DNA of 64,000 nt, taken from positions 96,001-160,000 of the forward strand of contig CAWHAA010000002.1 in NCBI GenBank assembly GCA_963827275.1, written 5' to 3'. Both the position numbers and the translations under genes were made by a program. Positions 1-11,600 of this stretch are shown here, piece after piece. The notes beneath the pieces were generated by a model. That model made no database searches. It saw only the letters and a program-made list of their open reading frames with translations, and was not told the origin of the DNA. Source of the stretch: an uncultured Spirochaetota bacterium. GTDB taxonomy: Bacteria; Spirochaetota; UBA4802; UBA5550. The first letter of the stretch is position 1, and each line of letters opens with the position of its first letter.

Positions 1-1289
1 TGACCGATCCGGCTGAGGAAGCACTCTCTGTTGCCGAGGATGGTGTGAAAATCACCCGCGGCATTACGGTGAGAAAACAGAGTGACGCACGCAATTATCT
101 CTACATGGTTTTTTCAATAGATACGAGCAAGAGCATCAGCAAGAAATTCCTGAGCAGCATCAAATCGGCAGCGCGGGAGATAGTATCAAGCACCGGTCCC
201 AATGATGAGATCGCCGTGTACCGTTTCGACGACCGCGTCACCAGGCTGAATGACTTCACGAGAAACACTGACCGTATCATCAAAAATATCGACAGCGTGC
301 AGCGGCATGGCTCAAAGACCCTCCTTTATAATTCGATATATGACTCCATTGAACTGCTGAACAGGGTGGCGCAGGACAACAAAAAGATCATCGTCTTCAC
401 CGATGGCAAGGACGAGGGGAGCAGCGTGCGCGATGATGATATCATACACCTGGCGCGCGCAGGCGGCATCCCGGTCTATTTCATCTGCTGCAGGGATTCA
501 AGCAGGTTGAAGACCATGGCGCGAATAGCGAAGATGACGGGCGGCAAGGTCATCTACAGCGAACGCCACAGCGACATTGCCGGTATGTACCGGACCCTGC
601 TTTCAATCATAAAGAGCAGGTTTGTCGTTCATTATCCATCATCGCTCAAACAGGACGGGAAGGAGCACGCGGTCGAGGTTCAGCTGCGGCACGGCGACAT
701 CATAGACCGGGACTCGGTCGTTGTCACGGCGGCACTGCCCGATTTATGGAGCCGTCTCAAGCTGGACAGCTCAGTCCTCTTCTGGATATGCCTGCTGCTT
801 CTGGTGCTGATTGCTGCCATAATTATCTATTTTATAAACAGGGAAAAAAATATTGTCATAAAGAATTGTGAAGCTGAAAAGAAGCTCCTTGTCGAGAACA
901 TGCTCCGCGCGGGGGAGCCGCCGGCTCGGCAGGAAGACGGGCCACAGGGCGGACATTTGCCGCTTGAGGATGTATCACGCTATGCGCGTGCATGGGTCTA
1001 CCGGAAAGGCTCGGCGGGGACCGAACATAAGCAGGAATTGAAGGTCCCCGTAACGGTCATCGGCAGCGACCGGGAAAGTGACATCGTGATTGACGATTAT
1101 GCCGTTTCTCCCCGGCATGCAAAGATAGCATTCATAAACGGGAGCTATTACCTGTTTGACCTTATCTCCGAGCGGGGCACGGTTCTAAACGGAAAAAAAC
1201 TTCTCCGGCCAAAGGCCCTGTATGATTGGGATGAAATAATGGTGGGAAATTCGGTCCTTATCTTCAGGGGATCGATCAAAACCGCCTGA
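1..1289 (+). CDS. vWA-domain / single transmembrane / FHA-domain protein (5' end outside window)
   Basis: Frame is open from position 3. MIDAS-like DTSKS and IIVFTDGKD motifs; hydrophobic segment VLFWICLLLLVLIAAIIIYFI; FHA motifs IGSDRESDIVI, VSPRHAKI, GTVLNG. Confidence 0.85.
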   Translation, partial: TDPAEEALSVAEDGVKITRGITVRKQSDARNYLYMVFSIDTSKSISKKFLSSIKSAAREIVSSTGPNDEIAVYRFDDRVTRLNDFTRNTDRIIKNIDSVQRHGSKTLLYNSIYDSIELLNRVAQDNKKIIVFTDGKDEGSSVRDDDIIHLARAGGIPVYFICCRDSSRLKTMARIAKMTGGKVIYSERHSDIAGMYRTLLSIIKSRFVVHYPSSLKQDGKEHAVEVQLRHGDIIDRDSVVVTAALPDLWSRLKLDSSVLFWICLLLLVLIAAIIIYFINREKNIVIKNCEAEKKLLVENMLRAGEPPARQEDGPQGGHLPLEDVSRYARAWVYRKGSAGTEHKQELKVPVTVIGSDRESDIVIDDYAVSPRHAKIAFINGSYYLFDLISERGTVLNGKKLLRPKALYDWDEIMVGNSVLIFRGSIKTA

Positions 1290-1407
1290 TTAATTGCTCT
1301 GTCTCATATAAAATTCTTGACTTACACCCTGTACTCCCGCCTCTATTTAGTGAAGAGTTTCACGTTGCGGCGCGTTCCGCCAATCATGCACGTAGTACCT
1401 GGTATAC

Positions 1408-3018
1408 ATGAAAGACACCTCCTTTACAAAAGAAGATTATGATAAAATTCTGATCGTGGATGACGAGCCGTACATCCGCAAGGTGCTGTCAAAATACCTC
1501 AGCGGCAAGAACTACAGGATTGAAACTGCCGACAACGGCGAGATAGCCATTGAAAAATTGTATTCGGCGGCCTTCGATCTTGTCCTGACCGATCTGCGCA
1601 TGCCCAAGATGGGCGGCCGCGAATTGCTCCAGATAATGTCTGAAAATTTTCCCGAGATACCCAAGATTGTGCTTACCGGGTACGGTACGAGCGAGGACAT
1701 CATCCTGGCGCTTCAGACCGGTGCGTATGATTTTCTCACGAAACCGATCACTGATTTCGAGATACTCGACCATTCGATAAACAGGGCCATCGAGCGCAAG
1801 AGGCTCCAGGATGAACGGGCGCGGTACCTTGAGCAGGTGAACCAGATCAACGAGATCATCTCGATGCTGAACCGCGGCAAGAGCACGGAGGACATTTTCC
1901 ATTCCCTGAATGCCACCCTGAAAAAGATCATCCCCTTCAATACCCTGGCGCTCCTGATGATCAGCAGGCACACCGATTCGGTATCGACAAAACTCGTGGT
2001 TTCTGAAGGGCCGACGAGCTTAACCACTGATACCGTATTCCCGATGACCGATCCTCTGTTGAAAGATGTTTCCATGACGAAGGCGCTGTTGTCAATCGAT
2101 GATGTCCATGATTTCCCGGGGGCATATCCGGAATCTGAATTTCTGAAATTCATCACCGACGACGGGTTCAAGTCCCTCCTCATTTTGCCGCTTATTATGA
2201 AGGACGCCACGCGCGGGTACCTGCTCTTCGCGTCGAGCCTGGTGGGCGCTTTTTTCAAGAGCCACATTTCATTTCTTGAAACGATCGGCGGCCAGATATC
2301 CTTCAGCATAGAGCGCGGTGAGCTGATCGACGAGATTGAGCAGCACACGAAGAACCTCGAGCGGACGGTCGAGGTCAGGACCAAGGAGATATTGAAGACG
2401 CAGAAGACGACGATTTTTGCTCTGAGCAAGATAGCCGAGACAAGGGACCGGACGACAGGGGACCATCTTGACCGGATCAGGAACTACTGTGTCCTGCTGG
2501 CGCAGATTTTAAAATACACGGGTTCGGAGGAAATCACCAACCAGTTTATCCGGGACCTGTTTGATTCGTCAATCCTTCATGATATCGGGAAGGTCGGGAT
2601 CCCGGACACCATTCTTTTAAAGACCGGCTCTTTGACTCCGGATGAACTCAAAACAATGCTGCAGCATACAACGATCGGCTATGATTCCCTGAAGTCGGCA
2701 TCGCGGGACCTGGGGGAGGATTCCTTTCTGAAGATGGCGCTCGATATAACGCTGTATCACCACGAGCGATGGGACGGCAGCGGTTACCCGTTCGGCCTTA
2801 AAGGAGAGGAGATCCCGCTGTCGGCGCGCATTGTGGCGATTGCCGATGTCTATGACGCGCTGACGACGACCCGGCCGTATAAGCGCGCGTTTTCCCACGG
2901 CGAATCGGTTGATATATTGAAAAAGGAAGCAATCAAGTATGATCCCCGCCTGTTTAAAATATTCATTGATAATGCCGATGAGTTCAACGAGATTCGGATG
3001 AGATTTAAACCTCAATGA
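1408..3018 (+). CDS. Response regulator with REC-GAF-HD-GYP architecture (probable c-di-GMP phosphodiesterase)
   Basis: N-terminal ILIVDDE...DLRMP...KP receiver; GAF-like middle (SLLILPL); HDIGKVGIPD and HHERWDGSGYP motifs. Confidence 0.9.
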   Translation: MKDTSFTKEDYDKILIVDDEPYIRKVLSKYLSGKNYRIETADNGEIAIEKLYSAAFDLVLTDLRMPKMGGRELLQIMSENFPEIPKIVLTGYGTSEDIILALQTGAYDFLTKPITDFEILDHSINRAIERKRLQDERARYLEQVNQINEIISMLNRGKSTEDIFHSLNATLKKIIPFNTLALLMISRHTDSVSTKLVVSEGPTSLTTDTVFPMTDPLLKDVSMTKALLSIDDVHDFPGAYPESEFLKFITDDGFKSLLILPLIMKDATRGYLLFASSLVGAFFKSHISFLETIGGQISFSIERGELIDEIEQHTKNLERTVEVRTKEILKTQKTTIFALSKIAETRDRTTGDHLDRIRNYCVLLAQILKYTGSEEITNQFIRDLFDSSILHDIGKVGIPDTILLKTGSLTPDELKTMLQHTTIGYDSLKSASRDLGEDSFLKMALDITLYHHERWDGSGYPFGLKGEEIPLSARIVAIADVYDALTTTRPYKRAFSHGESVDILKKEAIKYDPRLFKIFIDNADEFNEIRMRFKPQ

Positions 3019-3037
3019 CAGTACCGCGAGTAACAAT

Positions 3038-3919
3038 ATGTACGGACAGAATATGAACATCAGGATAGGCGGCCCCATGACCCCGGTGGTCAGGAATTTA
3101 TTGATCATAAACAGCGCCATCTTTATTGTCCAGCTGATTGTCGGCCATTTTTACCCCAGCCTTATGGAAGGCCTTTTCGGCCTCCATCATGCCGGCTTTT
3201 TCCAGGAGCTTAAACTATGGCAGGTGGTCACCTACATGTTCCTGCATGGCGGGTGGTTCCACGTGCTGTTCAACCTGCTCTCACTCTGGATGTTTGCCGG
3301 GGAGCTTGAGCAGTTATGGGGCAGCAGGATGTTTCTCAGGTACTACCTGCTGACCGGGATCGGCGCAGGTATTTTTATCGCGGTGATGAATTTTTTTATC
3401 TATCAACGTTACAACGCCGACCCGGTCACCATCGGCGCGTCAGGCGCGATCTACGGGATACTCCTTGCCTACGGGATGACCTGGCCTGACAGAAAAGTGC
3501 TGCTTTACTTCATCGTCCCGGTGAAGATCAAGTATCTCGTCCTGGCGTTCGGCTGCATTGAATTTTTCGGCACAATCTCTTCGGCAGCGGGAGCGGGGGG
3601 AAATATCAGCCATATCGGGCACCTGGGCGGTCTTATTACCGGGCTTGTTTATCTGCTGGCCCGCGAAAAGCGGCCGCAGGGTGTTGAGCGGGAAGGTGCG
3701 GAGAAAAAAGACAATTTCATTTCCCGTGCCCTGAAAAAGGCCCGGCTGAAAAAAAAGAAAAAAGAGATAGAAACGCGCATCGAGGCAAAAAAAATTATCG
3801 ATGAGCTGCTTGATAAGATTGCGCGGCAGGGAATGAGTTCCCTGACCCCGCAGGAGAAGAACAGGCTGGAATGGGCCAGACGGCATTATTATCCTGACCG
3901 GGATGACACATTGCATTGA
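3038..3919 (+). CDS. Rhomboid family intramembrane serine protease with charged C-terminal extension
   Basis: TYMFLHGGWFHVLFN, catalytic GASGA and HIGHLGG motifs; multiple TM segments. Confidence 0.9.
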   Translation: MYGQNMNIRIGGPMTPVVRNLLIINSAIFIVQLIVGHFYPSLMEGLFGLHHAGFFQELKLWQVVTYMFLHGGWFHVLFNLLSLWMFAGELEQLWGSRMFLRYYLLTGIGAGIFIAVMNFFIYQRYNADPVTIGASGAIYGILLAYGMTWPDRKVLLYFIVPVKIKYLVLAFGCIEFFGTISSAAGAGGNISHIGHLGGLITGLVYLLAREKRPQGVEREGAEKKDNFISRALKKARLKKKKKEIETRIEAKKIIDELLDKIARQGMSSLTPQEKNRLEWARRHYYPDRDDTLH

Positions 3920-3949
3920 TCGCGGCCTTGCGGCGCGGCGGTTATCCCC

Positions 3950-5038
3950 TTACTGCTCCATCACTATAAATTCCACCCTCCGGTTGAGCGCGCGTCCTTC
4001 AGGTGTGCTGTTGTCTGCCACCGGTTTGCTGGACCCGTACCCGGCAGTTCCCATCTGTTCGGGCTCGATCCCCTTCTTGATCAGGTACTCACGAATGGAA
4101 TTTGCCCTCTGCCGCGAGAGGGTCTGGTTGAACGCGGCGGTTCCCTGGATGTCGGTATGCCCCTCGATCCTGATGCGCACCTTTTTCTTTTCGAGGGTCT
4201 TGACGATCTTGTCAAGCTCGGCGTAGGAATCGGGGAGTATGGTCGCGCTTCCCACCTCAAAGTTGATCTTATCCGAGATGAGCAGAACTTCTTCTGTATG
4301 GATAGAATTCAGCTTAGAGCGTATTTTCATGATCTCATCGTCAGTCATCTTTTCCGGATCTGACGGGGGGTCGTTTTCCCTGATGACGGTTTTATTCTGG
4401 TTCGAAAGGAGGATCTTCTGATCTTCAAATTTCGCATTGTACAGTTCGGTTATGCCTGACAGGGAATACACGGTTGTGGCGTAGGCCGGCTCTTGTTCGG
4501 CGGTGATTTTCTCCTTGTCCTCATCTTTCCCCGAATTTATTTTTTCCTTCGCGTCCGGTTCATCTTCCTCTTTCTCTTCGTCTATTTCAAATCCGAGCTC
4601 AGTACCGCGGACGGCGGCAATGGCTGTCGGTGTTTTTATCGTTATCATATAGTCCTTGAAGAGCTTTTCAAATTTTCCATATACGGCGCCGCGGTCGATC
4701 GCGAGGAGCATTTTTTTTACGGTCATGTCATCAAGCCGGACCCGGGTGTTCTCCGTAATGCGGATGGCCATTGAGCCGTGAAAGCGGATATCGACCTGTG
4801 AATTTTTTTCAGTTTTTATTTCAACCCCATTGTTAAGATCCGTTCCGACGATCAGTATCTCCCATTTATCGGAAGGGGCCGCTTTGAATGAAACATTGCC
4901 CATGACAAAGGTCGCCTTGGGATTTTGCTGCACCAGTACCGGAAGCTGCACCATCATCCTCTCTGTAAACAATAAAAAGGAGATGCAGAGTGCCAGCGGA
5001 ATGACAATAAGCAGGGCGATGATGATTACCTTTTTCAT
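3950..5038 (-). CDS. FecR-like domain + OmpA C-like peptidoglycan-binding protein with N-terminal membrane anchor
   Basis: IKTPTAIAAVRGT (FecR-like); IEGHTD, LSRQRA and NRRVEF (OmpA-like); N-terminal hydrophobic segment. Confidence 0.85.
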   Translation of the reverse strand: MKKVIIIALLIVIPLALCISFLLFTERMMVQLPVLVQQNPKATFVMGNVSFKAAPSDKWEILIVGTDLNNGVEIKTEKNSQVDIRFHGSMAIRITENTRVRLDDMTVKKMLLAIDRGAVYGKFEKLFKDYMITIKTPTAIAAVRGTELGFEIDEEKEEDEPDAKEKINSGKDEDKEKITAEQEPAYATTVYSLSGITELYNAKFEDQKILLSNQNKTVIRENDPPSDPEKMTDDEIMKIRSKLNSIHTEEVLLISDKINFEVGSATILPDSYAELDKIVKTLEKKKVRIRIEGHTDIQGTAAFNQTLSRQRANSIREYLIKKGIEPEQMGTAGYGSSKPVADNSTPEGRALNRRVEFIVMEQ

Positions 5039-5114
5039 GGGCTACTCCCCGAATATTTTTTGTGTATACTTGCATCCGGCGCTGAAAAGTCAAGCCAAAA
5101 GGATTGAGGCGGGA

Positions 5115-8100
5115 TTATCTGAGGCCATGCAGGACGGGGGCGCTCATCGCCTCATCTTCGTCTGCGGGACGGGTGAAGTATATGCCGCTTCCCGGGGTCC
5201 CGGCATTCATTCCTCTGAGGTACAGGTAGAATACGCCGCCGAAGTTGCGTTCATAAGAATAATCGGGAAGGGCGCGCTTCAGCCAGAGAATCACTGCTGC
5301 CGTGTATATTGATATCTGGAGATCATAACGCATTTCCAGGATGTTTTGCTCGAGCAGGTCACGTGAATATCCCCGTTCGATGTAATTGGATTTCCAATCT
5401 ACGATATATATTTTTTCCTGGAACATAAAGATCATATCGATAAATCCGTGGATAAAGCTGTTCGAGAATGAGGTCTCCGGTACCGCGGGTGCCGTGGGCA
5501 GCAATAGAGGATAATGAAATTCAACTTCATGAAGCCTTTGTTCCAGCTGCCCGAGCGCCAGACCGGTGCCGTTTAACGGAGCATGAAGCGTATGCCACAC
5601 TATGCGGGCCGATGCCTCCCGAACTGATGCGAGCTCTTCACCACCGGAAAGTTTCAGATGATCCAGCGCCGCCCTGTCGATGAGTGAAGAGATTGCGGGA
5701 TACGCGTGAAGCAACTGGTCCGGTGCAGCTGCGGCGCCGACCTGCCGGAAGTCAACCCGCTCCAGCACCTGGTGGAGCAGCAGGCCGGTCTCCCTGCTTC
5801 TGGGCAGCTCCCCGGTGGGTTCCTGCCGTATCCCGGGCGCCACGAGCGCTGCGCTCGCGGCGTCATCCAGCCCGGAATGAAATACCGGTTCCCCGAATTG
5901 GGCGTACGGCTTTACCGGAGCGTTCCGGTGATGCAACTTTTCCTTAAGGCCTGAAAATGAATCGATGTGAAGGGTTCGGTTGAGGAATTGTAGCGACGCA
6001 TCGGGCAGCCGGTGATCTGGCAGGACGATTGGTGCGGCCACGGTATCCTGTACCGGCTCATGGGAAAAACGGTGGGCGGTCGATTCACAGTCGGTACGGA
6101 CGACGCCATGCGAATTGTTCAGAACCTTCAGCGTCTCCGGGATCCTGGTCCCGAGTATTCCGCTTGAGGCGAGCGCGCGGGGCCGCGGCTCAAAGAACGG
6201 AAGGTACAACCGGTCGCGCGCCCTGGTCAGAGCGACATAGAAGAGCCGCTCGTTTTCTCCCGCTGCTTCATTCAGGAACGGCTCTTGATGCCGGGGATCC
6301 ATGACAAGATCAAAGGTTTTCCTCCCGTCCCGGTGATAGGTCCAGTAGCCGGGAGATGCTCCCCTGGTAAATCCGCCCGCTATGAAGACCGTTTTAAACT
6401 CGAGACCCTTGCTCGCGTGAACGGTCAATATCTGGACCCCGGGACGGTCGATATCGATGTTCTGGATGTTATAGCTCTCGTGGGAGGAGGCGTTGCCGGT
6501 GCGAAGGCCGTTCAGGTGGTCCCGCATCTCCTGGGCGGAAAAATTATTGCGGTATGTCTCTATCTCAAGGTTCTGCAATATTGAACGGTAATTTATTATT
6601 GCCCGGTCGTAGTCCTCCGGCGCAAGGCGGTACTGTATCCCCGTGTCATCCAGGAGGGACTGGAACAGGCGCGGCCACCGTTTCATCGATGCCCATTCAA
6701 TCCAGCGTGAGAAGAGGACGGAGACAGGGTGATCAGCGCCGATCTCGTCGTAATGGTTGAGCAGGGCAAGCGGAATGCTAAAGAACCTCGTCACCAGGGC
6801 ACGTTTTCTTGCCGTGACATCATGCGGCTGAGCAATGGCGGCGAGGAGGTAGCTCAATTCAAGGGATTCACGCGTCTGGTAGAGGCCTTCTTTTTTATAA
6901 AACGAGTATTTTATGTCCGCTTCTTTCAAGGCTGTTTCAACCGCCTCGGCTTCCTTCCACTTCGTGACCAGGACCGCGACGTCCTTGAGGGCCATAGACG
7001 GATCACCGGAGCAGATCGCGGTCAATTCGCGTGCGATGAAATCGGCAAATTTGAATTTTGCCTCGCTTCCGCTGGAGATGCCGCACCAGACAAGCACCAG
7101 TGAGGAATTGCCGGCGTGCAGGCCCGGGTCCTTTTGTGCGGGGAAGCGGGAGGGCTGGTAGGTGATCGCGCTGTCGGAAAACCAGTTCCCTGCGGCAAAG
7201 ATACAATTAAAGCTGCGGATCAGGGACGGGGATGACCGCCAGTTCTCATCCAGGCAGTAGTAGCGCGCCCCATGGTGCGCTATCATTTCGTCCCGCGCGG
7301 TGTAATAGGCGTATATGTCTGCGCCCCGGAACCCGTAAATCGCCTGTTTCGGATCGCCGATGATAAACAGGCGGTTCGTCCCGGATTCGAGAAATATCAT
7401 GCTGAATATCTTCCATTGCAGCATGTCGGTGTCCTGGAATTCATCGACCAGGGCATACCGGTACCGGCCCTGGAGCACGCGCTTCAGTGCGCCGGAATCC
7501 GCGGCGAGGGCCGCGTGCACGCGGACCACCATGTCATCATAGCTGATCAGGCCCTGCGATTCCTTGTAGCGGTCCGCGCCCGCTTTCAGCTCCCGCACCG
7601 CATCAGCGGCGAGCAGGTTCTGCAGTACCGGGAGCTCAGCTGACCTGAGCCCCTCAAGGAGCGTGATGATGTCGGGCAGGCGGGGGAGCTTTTCTTCATA
7701 ATCGGCCCCCGGCTTGTTCCATCCCCCGACCAGTTCAGAGAACTCTATCGAGGCGACGTCCTTGTCAGACAAAAATTCCGAGACCCGTTGAAGGGTTGCC
7801 GGGCGTTCCTGGTGGTCGGCAAGGAGAGCGAGGAGCGAGGAGAGAATGCGCAGCCGTTTCGGGATGCTCTGCTTCCTGATATTGAGCGATGCGTAGCGCG
7901 CGCACAATTCGCTGCCGGCAGGGTCCGGCGCCGCTATCGGGCCGACCAGCGCCAGGAGCGTGTCGAGGCGCGAGTGGAGCGCCGTAACAGTTCCGGTCAT
8001 GTGCCGCATGATGTCCATTCCCCCCGGGGGATCGAGGATATCGCTGCCGGCAGGCTGGTATCGCATCGCGATATCGATGACCTGTTCCATCCAGGAACTT

Positions 8101-8612
8101 GTGCCGTTGACGGTCGCGCCGGGGAACCGGGAGATCTCGAGGATCTCCCTGAGCCGGTGGCCGTACCGGGCGGGCCACTCCTCGCGCATCATGGCGGAAA
8201 GGACTTTCCGGTATATGACACGGTCATCGGTCAATTCATACTGGAATTGCCCGCCGTTTTCAAACGCGTATTCCTGTAAAATTTTGTTGCAGAATCCGTG
8301 GATGGTGAATATCGACGCTGAATCAAAGGTATCGAGGGCGGTCTGGAGAATTTCCGACCGCTCCTCTTCGATTGATTTCTCAATGTTTTTTCTGATGCGA
8401 TCCTTCAATTCGCCGGCCGCCTTTTCGGTAAAGGTCACGGCAAGGATGGTATCGAGGCCGTCGACTTTTTTGCTTTTCAGGAGCTGTACGACGAGATGCT
8501 CGATGGTGTAGGTCTTACCCGTGCCCGCGGACGCCTCGATCACGGAATGGCAGTCAAGGTCAATCTGCCCCGGGTCATGTACCGGGACCGGCATGGCAGC
8601 AGCGTTTGTCAT
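5115..8612 (-). CDS. recB: Exodeoxyribonuclease V beta subunit (RecB helicase-nuclease)
   Basis: IEASAGTGKT, TFTEKAAGEL, DEFQDT, IGDPKQAIYGFRGAD, HASKGLEF, YVALTRA; nuclease motif GFIDMIF...VDWKSN. ATGA overlap with the recC stop. Confidence 0.95.
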   Translation of the reverse strand: MTNAAAMPVPVHDPGQIDLDCHSVIEASAGTGKTYTIEHLVVQLLKSKKVDGLDTILAVTFTEKAAGELKDRIRKNIEKSIEEERSEILQTALDTFDSASIFTIHGFCNKILQEYAFENGGQFQYELTDDRVIYRKVLSAMMREEWPARYGHRLREILEISRFPGATVNGTSSWMEQVIDIAMRYQPAGSDILDPPGGMDIMRHMTGTVTALHSRLDTLLALVGPIAAPDPAGSELCARYASLNIRKQSIPKRLRILSSLLALLADHQERPATLQRVSEFLSDKDVASIEFSELVGGWNKPGADYEEKLPRLPDIITLLEGLRSAELPVLQNLLAADAVRELKAGADRYKESQGLISYDDMVVRVHAALAADSGALKRVLQGRYRYALVDEFQDTDMLQWKIFSMIFLESGTNRLFIIGDPKQAIYGFRGADIYAYYTARDEMIAHHGARYYCLDENWRSSPSLIRSFNCIFAAGNWFSDSAITYQPSRFPAQKDPGLHAGNSSLVLVWCGISSGSEAKFKFADFIARELTAICSGDPSMALKDVAVLVTKWKEAEAVETALKEADIKYSFYKKEGLYQTRESLELSYLLAAIAQPHDVTARKRALVTRFFSIPLALLNHYDEIGADHPVSVLFSRWIEWASMKRWPRLFQSLLDDTGIQYRLAPEDYDRAIINYRSILQNLEIETYRNNFSAQEMRDHLNGLRTGNASSHESYNIQNIDIDRPGVQILTVHASKGLEFKTVFIAGGFTRGASPGYWTYHRDGRKTFDLVMDPRHQEPFLNEAAGENERLFYVALTRARDRLYLPFFEPRPRALASSGILGTRIPETLKVLNNSHGVVRTDCESTAHRFSHEPVQDTVAAPIVLPDHRLPDASLQFLNRTLHIDSFSGLKEKLHHRNAPVKPYAQFGEPVFHSGLDDAASAALVAPGIRQEPTGELPRSRETGLLLHQVLERVDFRQVGAAAAPDQLLHAYPAISSLIDRAALDHLKLSGGEELASVREASARIVWHTLHAPLNGTGLALGQLEQRLHEVEFHYPLLLPTAPAVPETSFSNSFIHGFIDMIFMFQEKIYIVDWKSNYIERGYSRDLLEQNILEMRYDLQISIYTAAVILWLKRALPDYSYERNFGGVFYLYLRGMNAGTPGSGIYFTRPADEDEAMSAPVLHGLR

Positions 8613-11600
8613 GATGTGGAACCGCCTTCCATGAACGGTGCAAGCAATAATCCGAGCCGGTCCCGCACCTTGACATAGGCGTCAGCCGGCACGACGGGCT
8701 CCAGGAGCTGGAGGATGCTCATGGGCCGGTAATCGGGCCGGGCCTTCTCCGTGTCATCGTCGATCAGGCGGACGAGCCAATCGCGGTACCGCTCCATCTC
8801 AGCCTCATCGGGCCGGTCCTTCATTTCGCCGGACGGCGCAGACCGTGCCCCGGCTATGACCGACAGGGGCAGGAGGTCGAACGAGGGCGTGCCGATAAAA
8901 TCTGCAACCAGGCGGGAAAGGTACTGTTCCGCCTCCTGCGCCCGGCAGTGGTAGCGGTACGCGGTAATCCCCCCCTTATGCGACACGTGGATGGTAAAGG
9001 GGCCGGTGCCGATCAGGCCGGCAAGGTCCCTGTCGCGGCCTGAGACAGCGGCAATGTAAAAAAGGAACGGCAGTATGATATGGGTGATTGCGGGCCGGGC
9101 GCTGTTCGTGATGACCAGCGCCTCGGATACGCCCGTGTCCGGGTCCTTCCAGAGAAAGGGCGCTGTCCCGCTGAGCTCGACGAGACTGACGCCGGTGTCG
9201 TATGTATGATCGAAGCGCAGGCAGGGGAACGCAAGGTCCGGTTTTATCCTGGCCCGGTTGGCGCCAAAGGTAACGTTCCTGTACAGGGGGCGGTTTTTCC
9301 GGGATCCGATGAATTCAGAAAGTCCGCTGTCCGGCCCAAGCCGTTGCGTGATTACCGCCAGGTACGCATCATAGTCGATGTCCCGGTACGCACCGTCAGG
9401 GGTGATGCTCATACGCGCGGCGTGATCGTAATAATCGCGCAAGTAGCGGCGTATGTCAACATTTGCGCCGGAGCCGACATAGTATGACAGCACATCGGTG
9501 ATGAAGCGGTAATCATGCGGATAGGCGGTGAAGAACGGCTCCTCTTCCGGGATAGACCGGTCTTCATCGTCGCTTTCGTAGATCCCGAGGTGCCATCGGA
9601 GGGCTGATTCAACAGGATTGATCAGGAAATTGGCCAGGTCCCTCACGGTCAGCGTGGCGGTTTCTTCGCGGTCAATTGTTCCAGCGGCGGGGATAGTGAA
9701 ATCGGGGATTTTCTGTAAGATTATTTCTTTTATATCAGACGGGAGCGCATCGCCGCTGCCGGCGGTACGGGCAGCGTTCCTGAACAGGATAAGGAGGTCC
9801 GATTCCGAGTAGTTGACCGGGCGAAAGTCACTGTCCTCGCCGGATACGATGAAATCGGTACGGGGAGGCACGGCCTTGCCGGGAGATAGATATCGGTCAC
9901 TCGCTCCGGAAGGCGGCACCTCGGGAACGAGGAAGTCTCCCTGAATCACGTGTGCCGTGAGATAGGTGATGAGCTGCCCCACCACCGAATTCGGGTAGTA
10001 GTCCTTGTCCTTCTGGAGGTCCTTGCTGACATAGGTGATATAGATTTTCTCCCGTGCAGAGAGGAGGGTTTCAAGGAATAGATACCGGTTTGCATCAGGC
10101 CTGGTCACATCGCCGATCATGCGGGAGTGTCGCATGAGATTGAGGGTGGAGCTGTCAATCACTCCGGGGAATACCCCCTCCTGCATGCCCATCATGTAGA
10201 TTATTCTGAATGGCACCTGGCGCTTGGGCACCAGCGCGGAGATATTGATCCCGGTTGACAGGTAGCTCCCATGGGTGCTGGGGATGCCCGCCAGGGAATT
10301 CATGATGAATTCTGTTATAAACGCGAGTGAATACAGGGCCCCTGGCCCGGGCGCCGGGAGCGGGCCGGTGACGCCGAGTTTTTTCAGGTCTGCAAGAAGC
10401 TTCCGCCGCACCGCGTCCTCTTCCTGGCGGTCATCGGGTATGGCCAGAAAATCAGAGATGAGGCCTTCGATGATGCGCACCCACTCGTCGCCCCGCGCGG
10501 TGAGGAAACGCAGGTTCTCTGTGCGTGCATGGAGGAGCTCGATGACGCGGTTGAAGGTATCAATGCAGTGCTGGTCCGCGCTTTTCATGTCCGCATAGGG
10601 GACGATGTTTCTGAAATGCGGGAACGTTCCGTCATTGTCGCCCGCTCCGGAGGCGTCCATGATCCTCCCCAGGCGCATCCTCTGGAGCGCCTGCTGCCAG
10701 GTGTACGGATTGTGCTGCGGGTCGGGGTCATCGCTCCGGGCAAAGCCGTGGAACACCTGGAGCGCATCGGCCCAGGCAAGCCATGCGTCGGTATCTTCGT
10801 TGTCCAGGCTGTGGGCGGCGAGGAAGCACCGGTTGTATGCAAGTCCGAATATCTCCGACCGGGTGAATGAACCGGCGGCGATCGCGAGAATGGATCTGAT
10901 CCCTTTGCCGAAGAGGCTGTCGGTCGCGGCGGTCGCATCGATCATGCTGAATGAAAGGCGCCGCGGCTCACGGGAAAAGACCGAGAGCAGCGGCGGGCCG
11001 TAGGCCGCCATGTCGGGGACCATGATTGCGATGTCGGTCATTGCCAGGCCGGGATCGCGCTCAAGGTTGCCGAGAATACTGTTGTATACCGCTTCCGCCT
11101 CACGGAATATCTCCGGGCAGGATGCGATCTGGATCGAGGTGTCCTGCTGCAGCCGGTGTCCCGACGGGGTCCGCGTGGTCCTCCGGAGTATCTGCTCACG
11201 CACCGCACCGAGACAGGTGTCATGGGGAGCGTGCTGCCCGGGCTCGAGCCAATCCGACTGAAAATTCATCTCCGCGCTGCCGGCCTCTTCAAGAAGGCTC
11301 AGCAATTTGATCGTCTCCCTTCCCGTTTTGCCCCACAGCTTGAGGAGGGGGTTCTCGTTTTCATCATAGGAAAGCCGCTCCCCATTGTCGTTTTCCTCGA
11401 TACGTATGGAGCGGATACGGCGCCAGCGGTCTTCCCGGGGGGTTGTGACATCCTCCCAGAATTCAGAGCAGGGGTTGACCTGGTAGAGGGAGATGTCCAT
11501 GCGCTTGCCGAGCTCGTACAGCATCCTGGCGTGGAAGGGTGAAAGCTGGGACTTGGCGAACAGGTAGAGCGTTCCCGGTAGTGGCGCTCCAGGCAGTGAC

